32,000 nt of DNA from Pasteurella multocida (GCF_900187275.1 NZ_LT906458.1:1-32000), one strand, 5' to 3'; shown: positions 19,633-30,479, counted from the stretch's first letter. A program made the numbers and translations. The notes: generated from the sequence alone by a model not told the origin.

Positions 19633-20196
19633 ATGCGTCAATCTGATATAGACATGACTGAGCATATTTTTATAGCAATCGATCACCTGATGGCGAAAGA
19701 AGGGTTACATAATCTTTCTATGCATAAAATTGCAAAGGCTGCCAAAATTTCACCAGGGACCATTTATATTTATTTTAAGTGTAAAGAGGAACTGCTAGAA
19801 CAATTTGCTCAGCAAGTATTCGCACGTTTTCAGCGTGCATTAGAAAAGAATCATGACGACCGTCAGCCATTCTTTGAACAATACCGCCAAATGTGGTGGA
19901 ACATTTGGCATTTTTTGTTGGAAAACCCAAATATTTTGTTAAATATGCACCAATATCAATCCCTACCTGGGTTTGATAAGGTGATTAAATCGTGGGATCG
20001 TAGCCACTGGACATTGTTTTGCGAAAGAGCACAGCAAGCCGGTGAGGTATGTGATTTACCCACCAATATTCTTTTTGCACTTGGACTAGAAAGTGCAATA
20101 AAAATTGCTTGGAAACAAATTTATTTTAAAGAAACGTTCTCTGTTGAGTTGCTGGAATCTGTGATTCAACGGACATGGTGTGCTATTCAAAAATAA
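19633..20196 (+). CDS. TetR/AcrR family transcriptional regulator
   Basis: HTH region LHNLSMHKIAKAAKISPGTIYIYFKCKEELLEQF. ORF track start is 19561, but that ATG is part of the palindrome; the in-frame ATG at 19633 (MRQSDIDMTEHIF) fits better. Confidence 0.88.
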   Translation: MRQSDIDMTEHIFIAIDHLMAKEGLHNLSMHKIAKAAKISPGTIYIYFKCKEELLEQFAQQVFARFQRALEKNHDDRQPFFEQYRQMWWNIWHFLLENPNILLNMHQYQSLPGFDKVIKSWDRSHWTLFCERAQQAGEVCDLPTNILFALGLESAIKIAWKQIYFKETFSVELLESVIQRTWCAIQK

Positions 20197-20225
20197 TTTA
20201 TCTTTTAATTTTACGGAGTTTTTGT

Positions 20226-21437
20226 ATGAGTGTGACTCAAGCAAATCAACCAAAACGATCTCATTCGATTGCCATGAAAATCATTCTCGGCGTTATTGTC
20301 TTACTTTTTGCTGGGGTCATTATTTTTAATGTGATCAAAGGCAAAATGATTGAAAAATTTATTGCGGGTGCTGGGGAAAAAATTTATCCCGTAACTGCAA
20401 TGACTATTCAGCCTCAGCAATGGACACCCGTGATTGAAACTACTGGCATTGTGCGTCCTAATCAGGGTGCGATGTTAAGTGCACAAACATCAGGTACTGT
20501 ACAGCAAGTCTTAGTTCAATCTGGACAGCACGTGAAGAAAGGCGAGGTGTTAGTGGTATTAGACAGTTCAGTAGAACTAGCGAATCTGAAAGCATCCCAA
20601 GCTCAACTTTTATCTGTGAAGGCTACATACCAACGTTATTTAAGTTTGTATAAAACCAAGAGCGTGTCGCAACAAGAACTTGATAATGCAAAATCTGCCT
20701 ATGAAGCATTAGAGTCAAATATCGCTGCTTTAAAAGCGGGCATTGCACGTCGTCAGATTTTGGCGCCTTTTGATGGACAAACCGGTATTGTGAAAGTCAA
20801 CGTCGGGCAATATGTCAATCCAGGAATGGAAATTGTGCGTGTTGAAGACACCAGTAGTATGAAAATTGATTTCGCCCTTTCACAAACGGAATTGGAACAC
20901 TTACATGTTGGACAAAAAGTGACAGCGACTGCCGATGCGCGTAGTGGTGAAACCTTTGCGGCAAAGATTACTGCCATTGAACCTGCGATCAGCGCAACAA
21001 CAGGGTTAATTGATGTACAAGCCACCTTTGAACCAGAAGATGGACGTAAACTCCTTTCTGGTATGTTTACTCGCTTACGGGTTGCTTTGCCGACAAAATA
21101 TGATCAAGTCGTTGTGCCACAAGTCGCGATTAATTACAACATGTATGGGGAAATTGCTTATATTCTTAGCGAACTTTCTGCAGAAGAGCGTGAAACATTA
21201 GTCGCACGACAGGATTTCGACCGCGAAAAAATTGACAATGCCTATCGGGTTAAACAAGTCACTGTATTTACCCAAGATCGCCAAGGGATTTATGCCCAGT
21301 TAAAAGGGGAAGAAATTAAACCCGGTGATAAAATTGTAACCGGTGGACAACAAAATTTAAGTAATGGCAGTTTAGTACTCGTCGCTGATAAAGCCGGGGT
21401 GGGAACCATGCAACCTGCTGTAAAAAATAACCTATAA
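20226..21437 (+). CDS. RND efflux periplasmic adaptor (membrane fusion protein, AcrA/MexA type)
   Basis: MSVTQANQPKRSHSIAMKIILGVIVLLFAGVIIF signal/TM, ETTGIVRPNQGAMLSAQTSGTVQQVLVQSGQHVKKGEVL lipoyl-like domain, LAPFDGQTGIVKVNVGQYVNPG. ATG at 20226 preferred over the 20175 start, which overlaps the TetR gene. Confidence 0.92.
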   Translation: MSVTQANQPKRSHSIAMKIILGVIVLLFAGVIIFNVIKGKMIEKFIAGAGEKIYPVTAMTIQPQQWTPVIETTGIVRPNQGAMLSAQTSGTVQQVLVQSGQHVKKGEVLVVLDSSVELANLKASQAQLLSVKATYQRYLSLYKTKSVSQQELDNAKSAYEALESNIAALKAGIARRQILAPFDGQTGIVKVNVGQYVNPGMEIVRVEDTSSMKIDFALSQTELEHLHVGQKVTATADARSGETFAAKITAIEPAISATTGLIDVQATFEPEDGRKLLSGMFTRLRVALPTKYDQVVVPQVAINYNMYGEIAYILSELSAEERETLVARQDFDREKIDNAYRVKQVTVFTQDRQGIYAQLKGEEIKPGDKIVTGGQQNLSNGSLVLVADKAGVGTMQPAVKNNL

Positions 21438-21464
21438 AGTGCGGTTCCAAAGAGGAAAAATTTG

Positions 21465-21908
21465 ATGAACTACGCCTTATTATTAAAACAACTTGAACAA
21501 ATTCTAGAACCTGAAACCTATATCATTTCAAGAATGGCAAATACGTCTGCTTTTTTGTATCAGCACATGCCGGAATTAAACTGGGTCGGATTTTATCTTG
21601 TCAAAGACGGGGTACTCAAAGTCGGTCCCTTCCAAGGTAAAGTTGCCTGTTCTGATATTGGCTTTGGTAAAGGAGTATGTGGTTATACTTGGCAAACGGG
21701 CACAACGACCGTCGTAGATGATGTACATCAATTTGCGGGGCATATTGCTTGTGATAGCGCATCACAATCAGAAGTTGTAGTACCGATTTTTCAAGGGGGA
21801 GAGATGATTGCTGAATTGGATGTCGACTCACCTCGTTTAGCCCGTTTTTCCGCAGAAGATGTAGCCTTTTTAGAAAACTGTGCGGCACTTATCTGTATTA
21901 AGGAATAG
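21465..21908 (+). CDS. Free methionine-(R)-sulfoxide reductase (GAF domain, YebR/fRMsr type)
   Basis: ANTSAFLYQHMPELNWVGFYLVKDGVLKVGPFQGKVACSDIGFGKGVCG...VDDVHQFAGHIACDSASQSEVVVP; the conserved fRMsr cysteines (ACxxI, GVCG, HIACD) are present. Confidence 0.9.
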   Translation: MNYALLLKQLEQILEPETYIISRMANTSAFLYQHMPELNWVGFYLVKDGVLKVGPFQGKVACSDIGFGKGVCGYTWQTGTTTVVDDVHQFAGHIACDSASQSEVVVPIFQGGEMIAELDVDSPRLARFSAEDVAFLENCAALICIKE

Positions 21909-21917
21909 GAAATTACC

Positions 21918-24900
21918 ATGCGATTTACCGATATTTTTATTCGACGCCCTGTTTTAGCGGTTTCTATTAGCTTGCTGATTATTATTTTAGGATTACAAGC
22001 GATTGCGAAGTTAGCGGTGCGCGAATATCCCAAAATGACTACAACGGTGATTAATGTTTCTACGGTGTACCCAGGGGCAGATGCAAGTCTTATCCAAGCG
22101 TTTATTACTTCAAAACTAGAAGAAGCTGTTGCACAAGCCGATAACATTGATTACTTATCTTCAAAAAGTAGCCCAAATAACTCGTTAATTACAATTAAAA
22201 TGAAGCTAAATACCGAACCGAACGGGGCTTTAGCAGACGTGTTAGCGAAAGTGAACTCTGTACGTTCGCAATTACCACGTGGGATTGATGATCCGGTCAT
22301 TACGTCTTCGACGGGGGGAACGGGGATGATGTACATTCAGTTTAGCTCCACTAAACTGGATGCCAGTCAGGTAACAGACTACATTGAACGTGTGATTAAA
22401 CCACAATTCTTTACGGTTGAAGGGGTGGCGGAAGTACAAATCTTTGGGGCATCGGATTATGCGCTACGGATTTGGTTAGATCCTGCCAAAATGGCCGCAC
22501 AGAATTTATCCGCGATGGCAGTCAGAAATGCGTTATCTTCGAATAATGTGCAAACGGCGGCGGGGAATGACAATGGTTTTTATGTCACCTATAAAAATAA
22601 AGTGGAGACAACCACCAAATCAGTGGAAGAGCTGGGGAATCTGATTATTTCCTCACAAGGCGATAAGTTAGTGCGTTTACGTGATATCGCTGACGTAGAA
22701 TTAAATAAATCGAGTGATAGCTCAAGAGCGGTTGCTAATGGTTTTGAATCTGTGGTGTTAGCAATCAATCCAACCTCTTCAGCCAACCCACTCGTTGTAG
22801 CAGAAAATGTGCGTCCATTGTATGAGCAAATTAAGCAAAATTTGCCAGATAGCATGCAGGCAGAAATTCTTTATGACACCACGATAGCAATTAATAGCTC
22901 AATTGATGAAGTGATCAAAACCATTTTAGAGGCGACAATCATTGTTTTAGTGGTGATCACATTATTTATTGGTTCATTGCGTGCAATTCTCATTCCGGTG
23001 ATTACGATTCCGATTTCTTTGATCGGCGTAATCATGCTGTTACAGGCGTTTGATTTCTCCATTAATTTAATGACTTTACTTGCCTTAATTTTGGCGATCG
23101 GACTTGTTGTGGATGACGCCATCGTGGTGCTTGAGAACGTGGATCGTCACATTAAATTAGGCGAAACACCTTTCCGTGCTGCCATTATTGGTACACGTGA
23201 AATCGCCGTGCCCGTGATTTCGATGACCATTGCCCTCATGGCAGTTTACTCGCCAATGGCATTAATGGATGGCATTACAGGTTCTTTGTTTAAAGAGTTC
23301 GCCTTAACCTTGGCTGGTGCGGTATTTATTTCTGGGATCGTGGCGTTAACCCTTTCACCGATGATGAGCAGTAAGTTGCTTAAACCGCATACTGACCCAA
23401 GTAAGTTGGAACAATGCATCGAAAAAATGCTCACCACCATTAATCAGGGCTATAACTATGCTTTAAATCTGGTGATGGCAAGCCGTCGTTGTATGCTGGC
23501 TTTTGCAGCGGTTATTTTTGCTACGCTGCCTTTCTTGTTTAATGGGTTAGCGAGTGAGTTAACCCCAGCAGAAGATAAAGGGGCATTCATGGTGATTGGT
23601 CGTGCACCGTCCAATGTCAATGTGGATTATGTACAAGAAGCAATGCATGAGTATGAACAGATTTTGAAAGACACACCGGAAGTGGATTTTTCCATGGTGA
23701 TTTCAGGGGCAATGGGGAGTAACCAATCCTTTAGTGTGGTGACATTAAAAGATTGGAAAGAACGTACCCGTAGCCAAGCGGAAATCTTAGCGGAGTTAAA
23801 TAAAAAATCGGCGCATATTCCAGAAGTGGCGTTGACGGGATTTAACTTCCCAGAAATCAACACGGGAGAGCAAGGTCCACCAATTGGTTTTGTGATCAGT
23901 ACTGCGAGTGGCTATGAAGATTTAGCCAATGTGGCAGAAAACTTCCTACAAGAAATGAAAAAATCCGGTCACTTTGTTTATACCGCGTTGGATTTAAAAT
24001 TTGATACGGCGCAGATGCGGATTAAAGTCGATAAAGAAAAAGCAGGTACCTATGGTGTCACAATGCAACAAATCAGTGCCACATTAGGGAGTTTCTTGTC
24101 TGCCGCCACGATTGAACGAGTTGATATTGATGGACGTGCTTATCGAATCATCATGCAAGTTAAACGGGGTGAACGTTTGTCACCAGAAAGTTTAAACAAC
24201 TATTATGTGACGGCAAGTAACGGGAAATCAGTACCATTAAGCAGTTTCTTAACCATGACGTTAGAATCACAGCCAACTTCTTTACCTCGTTTTAGCCAGC
24301 TTAATTCAGCGGTCATTAGTGCAGTTCCTCTCCCAACCAAAAGTACAGGTGAGGCGATTGCGTGGTTAAAAATGGCAGCGAAAGAGTATTTACCGCAAGG
24401 CTATAATTATGACTTTACTGGTGAAGCGCGTCAGTTAGTCCAAGAAGGCAATGCATTAGCTGTTACTTTCGTACTTGCTGTGGTGATTATCTTCTTGGTC
24501 TTAGCGATTCAATTTGAGTCAATTCGTGATCCGTTAGTCATTATGATTTCGGTGCCACTTGCCGTGAGTGGGGCGCTATTAATGCTGAATTTCTTAGGCT
24601 TCTTCCGTATTCCTGGAACCAGTCTGAATATTTACTCACAGGTTGGTTTAATCACGCTAGTAGGTTTAATTACTAAGCACGGGATTTTGATGTGTGAAGT
24701 GGCAAAAGAAGAGCAATTACAGCATGGTAAAAATCGTATTGAAGCGATTACTGAAGCAGCGAAAGTGCGTTTACGCCCGATTCTTATGACGACCGCTGCA
24801 ATGATTGCAGGTCTTATCCCGCTCTTGTATGCTTCGGGCGCAGGTGCAGTGTCGCGCTTTAGTATTGGGATTGTGATTGTATCAGGTTTAGCGATTGGGA

Positions 24901-25016
24901 CATTATTTACTCTGTTTGTGTTACCTGTGATTTATAGCTATATTGCAACGGAACATAAACCACTACCGGAATTTGATGAAAGTATAAAACCGTTAACGGA
25001 TAATAGCGCACATTAA
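21918..25016 (+). CDS. Efflux RND transporter permease subunit (AcrB/MexB-like)
   Basis: 1032-aa ORF: MRFTDIFIRRPVLAVSISLLIIILG, NGFYVTYKNK, ALILAIGLVVDDAIVVLENVDRHI, LVGLITKHGILMCEVAKEEQ, GLIPLLYASGAGAVSRFSIGIVIVSGLAIGTLFTLFVLP. Confidence 0.96.
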   Translation: MRFTDIFIRRPVLAVSISLLIIILGLQAIAKLAVREYPKMTTTVINVSTVYPGADASLIQAFITSKLEEAVAQADNIDYLSSKSSPNNSLITIKMKLNTEPNGALADVLAKVNSVRSQLPRGIDDPVITSSTGGTGMMYIQFSSTKLDASQVTDYIERVIKPQFFTVEGVAEVQIFGASDYALRIWLDPAKMAAQNLSAMAVRNALSSNNVQTAAGNDNGFYVTYKNKVETTTKSVEELGNLIISSQGDKLVRLRDIADVELNKSSDSSRAVANGFESVVLAINPTSSANPLVVAENVRPLYEQIKQNLPDSMQAEILYDTTIAINSSIDEVIKTILEATIIVLVVITLFIGSLRAILIPVITIPISLIGVIMLLQAFDFSINLMTLLALILAIGLVVDDAIVVLENVDRHIKLGETPFRAAIIGTREIAVPVISMTIALMAVYSPMALMDGITGSLFKEFALTLAGAVFISGIVALTLSPMMSSKLLKPHTDPSKLEQCIEKMLTTINQGYNYALNLVMASRRCMLAFAAVIFATLPFLFNGLASELTPAEDKGAFMVIGRAPSNVNVDYVQEAMHEYEQILKDTPEVDFSMVISGAMGSNQSFSVVTLKDWKERTRSQAEILAELNKKSAHIPEVALTGFNFPEINTGEQGPPIGFVISTASGYEDLANVAENFLQEMKKSGHFVYTALDLKFDTAQMRIKVDKEKAGTYGVTMQQISATLGSFLSAATIERVDIDGRAYRIIMQVKRGERLSPESLNNYYVTASNGKSVPLSSFLTMTLESQPTSLPRFSQLNSAVISAVPLPTKSTGEAIAWLKMAAKEYLPQGYNYDFTGEARQLVQEGNALAVTFVLAVVIIFLVLAIQFESIRDPLVIMISVPLAVSGALLMLNFLGFFRIPGTSLNIYSQVGLITLVGLITKHGILMCEVAKEEQLQHGKNRIEAITEAAKVRLRPILMTTAAMIAGLIPLLYASGAGAVSRFSIGIVIVSGLAIGTLFTLFVLPVIYSYIATEHKPLPEFDESIKPLTDNSAH

Positions 25017-25025
25017 TTTCAACAT

Positions 25026-25059
25026 AAAAAAATACCGCACAAAAGTGCGGTATTTTTTT
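25026..25059. terminator. Bidirectional intrinsic terminator built from an uptake-sequence core
   Basis: AAAAAAATACCGCAC-AAAA-GTGCGGTATTTTTTT between convergent RND permease and perM genes. Confidence 0.85.
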
Positions 25060-25074
25060 GCGTGAAAAACAGAA

Positions 25075-26139
25075 TTAACGTGTATCTTGTTCGGTTGATG
25101 GCCATGCATTCACCACAGCTTTGACTAAAGTGGCTAATGGAATAGCGAAGAAAACGCCCCAAAAGCCCCATAATCCACCAAAAATTAATACTGCAATAAT
25201 AATGGTTAGAGGGTGCAAATTGACGGCTTCAGAAAAAAGGAATGGGACTAATAAGTTACCATCTAAAATTTGGCTGATGACGTAGGCAGTAATGATATAC
25301 CAAAAAGTAGGAGTGATGCCAAATTGCGCGACGGCAACGAGGGCAATAGGAATCGTGACAAGGACGGCACCAATATAAGGCACGAGTACGGATAGCCCTA
25401 CCGCAACAGCTAACAATAACGAATAATTTAAGTTAAAGAAGACGAAAATCGCGTAAGTCACGGCGGTGACAATGATGATTTCGAATAATTTACCGCGAAT
25501 ATAATTCGCAATTTGTTGTTGCATTTCTTTCCAAACGCTCGATGCAAGCGTGCGGTTACGCGGAAGGAAACGGCTTACACTGGCGATTAATTCTGTTTTA
25601 TCTTTTAATAAAAAGAACACCATTAAAGGCACTAAAAACGCATAAATCCCTAGGGTGACCAGGCTTAATAACGAGGTCAGGGAGAATTTGAGGGCGGATT
25701 CACCAAAGCCAAGAATTTTGGAGCGGACAGTACTTAATACAGAATCAATGGTTTGGTAATCCACTAGCTCGGGATAATGTTCAGGTAGAGAAAGTAACCA
25801 CTCATTGAGTTTATTAAACATATGTGGCAAATCAGTCACTAAATTCAAGGTTTGAGTCCATAACGTTGGAATGAAGACCAATACGATAACGAGGATCAAC
25901 CCTAAAAAACCACCAAAAATAATGGCAGTTGAGAGTAGGCGTGGAAACTTGAGTTTTTCTGTGAGAACGCGAATTGGCCATTCCAATAAATAAGCTAATA
26001 CAATAGCGATGAGGAGTGGCGCAATGAGGTGACTAAAAAAATAAATGGATATAAAACCAAAGAGTAAGATGGCAAACAACCCCATGGCTTGTGGATCACT
26101 AAAACGGTTGTTATACCAGTTTTTCAACATTTCGATCAT
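25075..26139 (-). CDS. perM: AI-2E/PerM family transporter
   Basis: 354-aa polytopic membrane protein with [89 protein letters not shown]; divergent from a yfgD-like gene as near E. coli perM. Confidence 0.88.
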   Translation of the reverse strand: MIEMLKNWYNNRFSDPQAMGLFAILLFGFISIYFFSHLIAPLLIAIVLAYLLEWPIRVLTEKLKFPRLLSTAIIFGGFLGLILVIVLVFIPTLWTQTLNLVTDLPHMFNKLNEWLLSLPEHYPELVDYQTIDSVLSTVRSKILGFGESALKFSLTSLLSLVTLGIYAFLVPLMVFFLLKDKTELIASVSRFLPRNRTLASSVWKEMQQQIANYIRGKLFEIIIVTAVTYAIFVFFNLNYSLLLAVAVGLSVLVPYIGAVLVTIPIALVAVAQFGITPTFWYIITAYVISQILDGNLLVPFLFSEAVNLHPLTIIIAVLIFGGLWGFWGVFFAIPLATLVKAVVNAWPSTEQDTR

Positions 26140-26218
26140 AAGATATCCTTAATTTAGGCATTTTGAGCGATTATAAGGTAAAATCTAATAAGATCATATC
26201 ATTAAGCGAGGAAATTCT

Positions 26219-26569
26219 ATGTGCGTGACTATATATCATAACCCACGTTGTTCTAAGAGCCGTGAAACGCTAGCCTTACTCGAAGCGAAATACGGTCAAC
26301 CGAAAATTGAACTTTATTTAGAACAACAATTCTCTGCCTCACAGTTACAGCAAATTGCGCAAAAATTAGGAGTAACCAGTTTCCGAGAGATGATGCGCAC
26401 AAAAGATGAACTCTATCGTGATTTAGGCTTAGATAAGCCGGAAGTCAGCGAACAACAATTGTTGGAAGCATTGGTTGCACATAGTAGTTTGTTGGAGCGT
26501 CCAATCGTCATTCATGGTGACAAAGCAAAAATTGGTCGTCCACCAGAATCTGTACTTGAGATTCTGTAA
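26219..26569 (+). CDS. yfgD: ArsC/YfgD family thioredoxin-fold protein
   Basis: 116-aa ORF: IYHNPRCSKSRETLALLE...LERPIVIHGDKAKIGRPPESVLEIL, strongly YfgD-like. Confidence 0.88.
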   Translation: MCVTIYHNPRCSKSRETLALLEAKYGQPKIELYLEQQFSASQLQQIAQKLGVTSFREMMRTKDELYRDLGLDKPEVSEQQLLEALVAHSSLLERPIVIHGDKAKIGRPPESVLEIL

Positions 26570-26641
26570 TTTCGTTTTATAATGACGCCCGTTTGTTTCA
26601 CACAAATGGGCAATTTTTTATCACAACTTATGAGGAAAAAT

Positions 26642-26923
26642 ATGGCTAAAAAGCAAAAACAGTCACTCAGTGCACAGCCTTATCAGCACAGTCGTGGTGT
26701 CATTCGCGATAATGCAATTTGTGCATTATTACATGATCCGTTGTTTCGTCAACGTATTGAGAAAAAAAGGAAAGGAAAAGGCAGTTATCAACGCAAAGCC
26801 AAGCATGTAGGGAAATATTTTGAAAAGCCCGATTATAAGATTTTTGATTTGAAAGATTTTATAATCGGGTTTTTCTTAACGATATTTTACAACAATGCAA
26901 CTCATTTAAACTCAGCGAGGTAA
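26642..26923 (+). CDS. arfA: Alternative ribosome-rescue factor A (full DNA-level ORF; functional product probably ends inside the hairpin)
   Basis: [55 protein letters not shown] matches the ArfA core of E. coli ([37 protein letters not shown]), with a hydrophobic C-terminal tail ([12 protein letters not shown]). ORF track start is 26582; the ATG at 26642 is the likely start. Confidence 0.9.
   Translation: MAKKQKQSLSAQPYQHSRGVIRDNAICALLHDPLFRQRIEKKRKGKGSYQRKAKHVGKYFEKPDYKIFDLKDFIIGFFLTIFYNNATHLNSAR
26823..26874 (+). terminator. Intragenic terminator-like hairpin in arfA
   Basis: AAAAGCCCGATTATAAGATTTTT-GATTTG-AAAGATTTTATAATCGGGTTTTT: about 23 bp (with three G-T wobbles), 6-nt loop, then a short T run, inside the reading frame. 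Confidence 0.85.
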
Positions 26924-26927
26924 ATTT

Positions 26928-27221
26928 ATGACTGTGCAAACGGAAGTCCTTTTTAGTAATAATTGGAATGTTAGAATCAGCGATCCGGGCGAAGAAGGGG
27001 CACATAGCCATTTCTTTGAAACTATTTATATTACCTTAGTCGCCCATATTGATGGTTCGAATATTTCTTATGAATTTACAAGAAAGGTCGAAGAACAAGT
27101 TAAAATTCACCGCACTTTTACTGATTTAAGTGAGCTTTTCAAATTCCTTGGTGATTACCTTGACCCTGTTAGCATGGGATTTTTAGGGATTAAAATTGGG
27201 AATTTGGGTGTTAAAGCCTAA
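26928..27221 (+). CDS. Conserved-looking hypothetical protein (97 aa)
   Basis: MTVQTEVLFSNNWNVRISDPGEEGAHSHFFETIYITLVAHIDG...; followed by a terminator; no family recognised. Confidence 0.65.
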   Translation: MTVQTEVLFSNNWNVRISDPGEEGAHSHFFETIYITLVAHIDGSNISYEFTRKVEEQVKIHRTFTDLSELFKFLGDYLDPVSMGFLGIKIGNLGVKA

Positions 27222-27230
27222 ATACAGTAT

Positions 27231-27261
27231 AAAAAAACGCAATCTTACGATTGCGTTTTTT
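27231..27261. terminator. Bidirectional intrinsic terminator
   Basis: AAAAAAACGCAATC-TTAC-GATTGCGTTTTTT between the convergent hypothetical gene and argH. Confidence 0.85.
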
Positions 27262-27271
27262 GTTACTCAGC

Positions 27272-28645
27272 TTAACTGAGCCTTGCTTTCGCTTCAGCGA
27301 TGGCTTCTGCAACACGAAGTGGTGATACGCCACCTTTGGCACAGCGTTTATCTAAACAAGATTGCAGAGATAGGATCTGATACACATCTTCTTCGACAAC
27401 ATCACTAAATTGTTTAAATTCAGCAACGCTGAGTGCTTCAAGCGCTTTGTGCTGTTGGATGGCATAAACAACGGTTTCGCCCACAATATGGTGAGAGTCA
27501 CGGAATGGTACGCCTTTGGCGACCAAATAGTCGGCCAGTTCAGTGGCATTGGAATAACCTTTTAAAGCGGCTTCTTTGGTACGTTCTACATTGACTTGAA
27601 TGCCGTCTAACACAAGAGCCGCCATGTCGATACAGTCTTGCCAAGTATCTAGGGCATCAAAAATCCCTTCTTTGTCTTCTTGCATATCTTTATTATAGGC
27701 AAGGGGTAAACCTTTTAAGGTCATCAGCATGCCTGTTAAGGCACCCATTACACGACCTGCTTTACCTCGAATTAATTCACAAGCATCGGGGTTTTTTTTC
27801 TGTGGCATCAAGGAAGAACCAGAAGTCACGCGATCGGAAAGTTCTACGAAGTTAGATTCACCACTGTTAAAAATGATCATATCTTCCGCAAAACGTGAAA
27901 GATGTGCCATGCTTAGTGAGGCAGTAGAAAGCAGTTCGACGATATGATCGCGGTCTGACACACTGTCTAAACTGTTGCGTGTAGCAACGTCAAAGCCGAG
28001 ATCGAGGGCTAACTGTTCACGATCAATCGCGTAAGCGGTGCCAGCGAGGGCACCACTGCCGAGTGGGCAGCTATTCATGCGTTGGTAAGCATCGGTTAAA
28101 CGGGAATAATCACGATCAAGCATTTCCACATAAGCCATGCACCAATGGGCAAAAGTAATCGGCTGAGCTCGTTGTAAGTGTGTATAACCCGGCATCACCG
28201 CACGTTGGTTATTTTCGGCTGTTTCGACAAGTTTGCATTGTAAGGTGTGAAGCGAGGATTGCAGTTCAATCACACGTTGTTTACACCACATCTTAATGTC
28301 CAGTGCAACCTGATCATTACGGCTACGTCCCGTGTGTAATTTTTTACCTAAATTCCCGACTTTATCGATTAATTTACTTTCGACCCAGCTGTGAATATCT
28401 TCCGCATCATCTTGCAAAATCGCTTGTGGATTTGATCGCACTTCAATTAAGAGAGTATTCAGTGCACTTTCTAACTGTTGTTGCTCCTGCACGGTCAATA
28501 CTCCAACGCTGACTAAAGCTTTTGACCAGCCAATGGAACCTTCAATATCTTGTTCTGCGAGACGATAATCGAAACGTAATGAGTCATTAAAATCTTTAAA
28601 ACGCTTATCTGCGGCTTGTGTAAAACGTCCACCCCAAAGTGCCAT
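27272..28645 (-). CDS. argH: Argininosuccinate lyase
   Basis: 457-aa ORF: [64 protein letters not shown]. Confidence 0.98.
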   Translation of the reverse strand: MALWGGRFTQAADKRFKDFNDSLRFDYRLAEQDIEGSIGWSKALVSVGVLTVQEQQQLESALNTLLIEVRSNPQAILQDDAEDIHSWVESKLIDKVGNLGKKLHTGRSRNDQVALDIKMWCKQRVIELQSSLHTLQCKLVETAENNQRAVMPGYTHLQRAQPITFAHWCMAYVEMLDRDYSRLTDAYQRMNSCPLGSGALAGTAYAIDREQLALDLGFDVATRNSLDSVSDRDHIVELLSTASLSMAHLSRFAEDMIIFNSGESNFVELSDRVTSGSSLMPQKKNPDACELIRGKAGRVMGALTGMLMTLKGLPLAYNKDMQEDKEGIFDALDTWQDCIDMAALVLDGIQVNVERTKEAALKGYSNATELADYLVAKGVPFRDSHHIVGETVVYAIQQHKALEALSVAEFKQFSDVVEEDVYQILSLQSCLDKRCAKGGVSPLRVAEAIAEAKARLS

Positions 28646-28660
28646 AACATCCTCTTATTT

Positions 28661-29434
28661 TTATGGTTTAATTCTTGTGCCAATGATTTCACCTGCAAAA
28701 AGTGCGGTGAGTTTTTCTGGATATTTCCAATTGGCGATATCGACGCCCTGATTTAACATTTTAGCAGCGTCTAATGCGGCATTCACCTTGACAACCATAC
28801 CATCGGTAATGACGTTGTCTTTAATTAATTGTTCAATTTGCGCACCATTTAATTCTGGTAAGCGCTGTTTGTTGGCATCCAATACGCCATCGACGTCAGA
28901 TAACATGACTAAATCGGCTTGGATGAGCGCGGCGATAGCTGTGGCAGCTTGATCTGCATTCACATTCATTAATAAGCCCTGTTTATCGACCGCAATTGAG
29001 CTAATAATAGGCAAGAATGCCTCACCAAGCAAATTGTTTAATAATGCGGGATTTTTAGGAACCACAGTCGCCACATGTCCAAGTTCTGGATCTAATTGCG
29101 TTGCATAGGTTAAATTCCCGTCTGCCAAACATAGTCCGACGGGATTTAAATGAAATTTGGCGGCTTGTGCAACTAAAGTTTTATTGGCAATGCCGGCTAA
29201 CGCACCCGTAATAATCTCAATGTGATCACTTGGCGTGACACGCAAACCATTTTTCTTTTGTACTGGCAAATGTAAACGTTGCATCAACTCATCAACAATA
29301 CAGCCACCACCGTGCACAATGACCAACGGGCGATCAAAGTTTTGTTGGTAATTTGCTAACGCCGTAAATAAATTTTCCATTGCTGCAGGTGTATCAAGTA
29401 AGACACCACCTAATTTAATCACTAAAGGTTTCAT
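28661..29434 (-). CDS. argB: Acetylglutamate kinase
   Basis: 257-aa ORF: [72 protein letters not shown]. Confidence 0.96.
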   Translation of the reverse strand: MKPLVIKLGGVLLDTPAAMENLFTALANYQQNFDRPLVIVHGGGCIVDELMQRLHLPVQKKNGLRVTPSDHIEIITGALAGIANKTLVAQAAKFHLNPVGLCLADGNLTYATQLDPELGHVATVVPKNPALLNNLLGEAFLPIISSIAVDKQGLLMNVNADQAATAIAALIQADLVMLSDVDGVLDANKQRLPELNGAQIEQLIKDNVITDGMVVKVNAALDAAKMLNQGVDIANWKYPEKLTALFAGEIIGTRIKP

Positions 29435-30442
29435 TTAAAGTAATCCTAATGTTTCAGTCAAACCATAACGAATGTTAGCACATTGTACTGCCTGGGCTGC
29501 CGCCCCTTTTAATAAGTTGTCTTCTGCGCCGATGATAATGATATGACCATTTTGAGTTGCAAAACCAATATCACAATAAGGAGTAAATTCGACGGCTTTG
29601 ATACTTGGTAAACCTTGTTCATAAACACGGACTAATGGTTTGTCAGCATAGGCGTGTTGATAAGCTACACGAATCTGTTCGTCACTCACGCCGGTTTTTA
29701 GTTTTGCTGTGATTGTCGCTAAAATACCGCGTTTAAAGTTACCTAAGTGTGGTATGAAAATGACCTCTGTCCCCAAATGGGTCGCGATTTCGGGTTGATG
29801 ACGGTGATTAAACACACCGTAAGCATTTAAACTGACTTCACAGAAACTGCTTGTTAAGGTTGCTTTGCGACCGGCACCACTAACTCCGCTGACGGCATTA
29901 ATCACGGGTAATTGGGTTAAATCTAATAAATTGTGTGCAATTAAGGGTTTAAGGCTTAATTGAGAGACGGTTGGATAACAACCCGCGACGGCCACTAAAT
30001 CCGTTTGTTTAATTTGATGTGCATTCCATTCCGCTAAACCATACACCGCTTGTGTGAGCAATTCAGGATGTTGATGCTCAAAACCATAAAACGTGCGATA
30101 AAATGCCGCATTATTCACACGAAATGCGCCAGATAAGTCAAAGACTTTGCATTGATGTTGTAAAAAAACAGGTGCAAGATCATGACTGACTTCATGGGCT
30201 GTGGCGAGGAACACGAGATCGACTTGTTGTGCGAGGGGACTTAATTGCTCTGGGAGTGGCTGTAAAGGTAAATCCACAAGATGCTTGAGTTGTGGATAAA
30301 TTTCACTCATGCATTTATTGGCATCTTGGCTTTGGCGAGAGACGTACAGTCCGGTGAGCTCAAACTTGGGGTGTTTGATTAAAATACGGGCAAGTTCAGC
30401 CCCCGTATAACCACTTGCACCAATGATAATCGCTTTTTGCAT
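29435..30442 (-). CDS. argC: N-acetyl-gamma-glutamyl-phosphate reductase
   Basis: [28 protein letters not shown]...[16 protein letters not shown]; the ORF track extension to 30505 overlaps argE and the likely operator, so the start at 30442 is preferred. Confidence 0.95.
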   Translation of the reverse strand: MQKAIIIGASGYTGAELARILIKHPKFELTGLYVSRQSQDANKCMSEIYPQLKHLVDLPLQPLPEQLSPLAQQVDLVFLATAHEVSHDLAPVFLQHQCKVFDLSGAFRVNNAAFYRTFYGFEHQHPELLTQAVYGLAEWNAHQIKQTDLVAVAGCYPTVSQLSLKPLIAHNLLDLTQLPVINAVSGVSGAGRKATLTSSFCEVSLNAYGVFNHRHQPEIATHLGTEVIFIPHLGNFKRGILATITAKLKTGVSDEQIRVAYQHAYADKPLVRVYEQGLPSIKAVEFTPYCDIGFATQNGHIIIIGAEDNLLKGAAAQAVQCANIRYGLTETLGLL

Positions 30443-30479
30443 ATTGTGTTGTGCCTTATAATAAGATAAATTTTTTAAA

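Noticed and set aside
21791-23863. Several ORFs antisense to the RND permease and fRMsr genes (21791..22147, 22589..22855, 22871..23122, 23246..23440, 23627..23863)
   Set aside because: Shadow ORFs of a long real gene; no motifs or plausible start contexts seen.
26582-26641. N-terminal extension of arfA from the 26582 start
   Set aside because: The residues before MAKKQKQ do not resemble ArfA, and the 26642 ATG is the better start.
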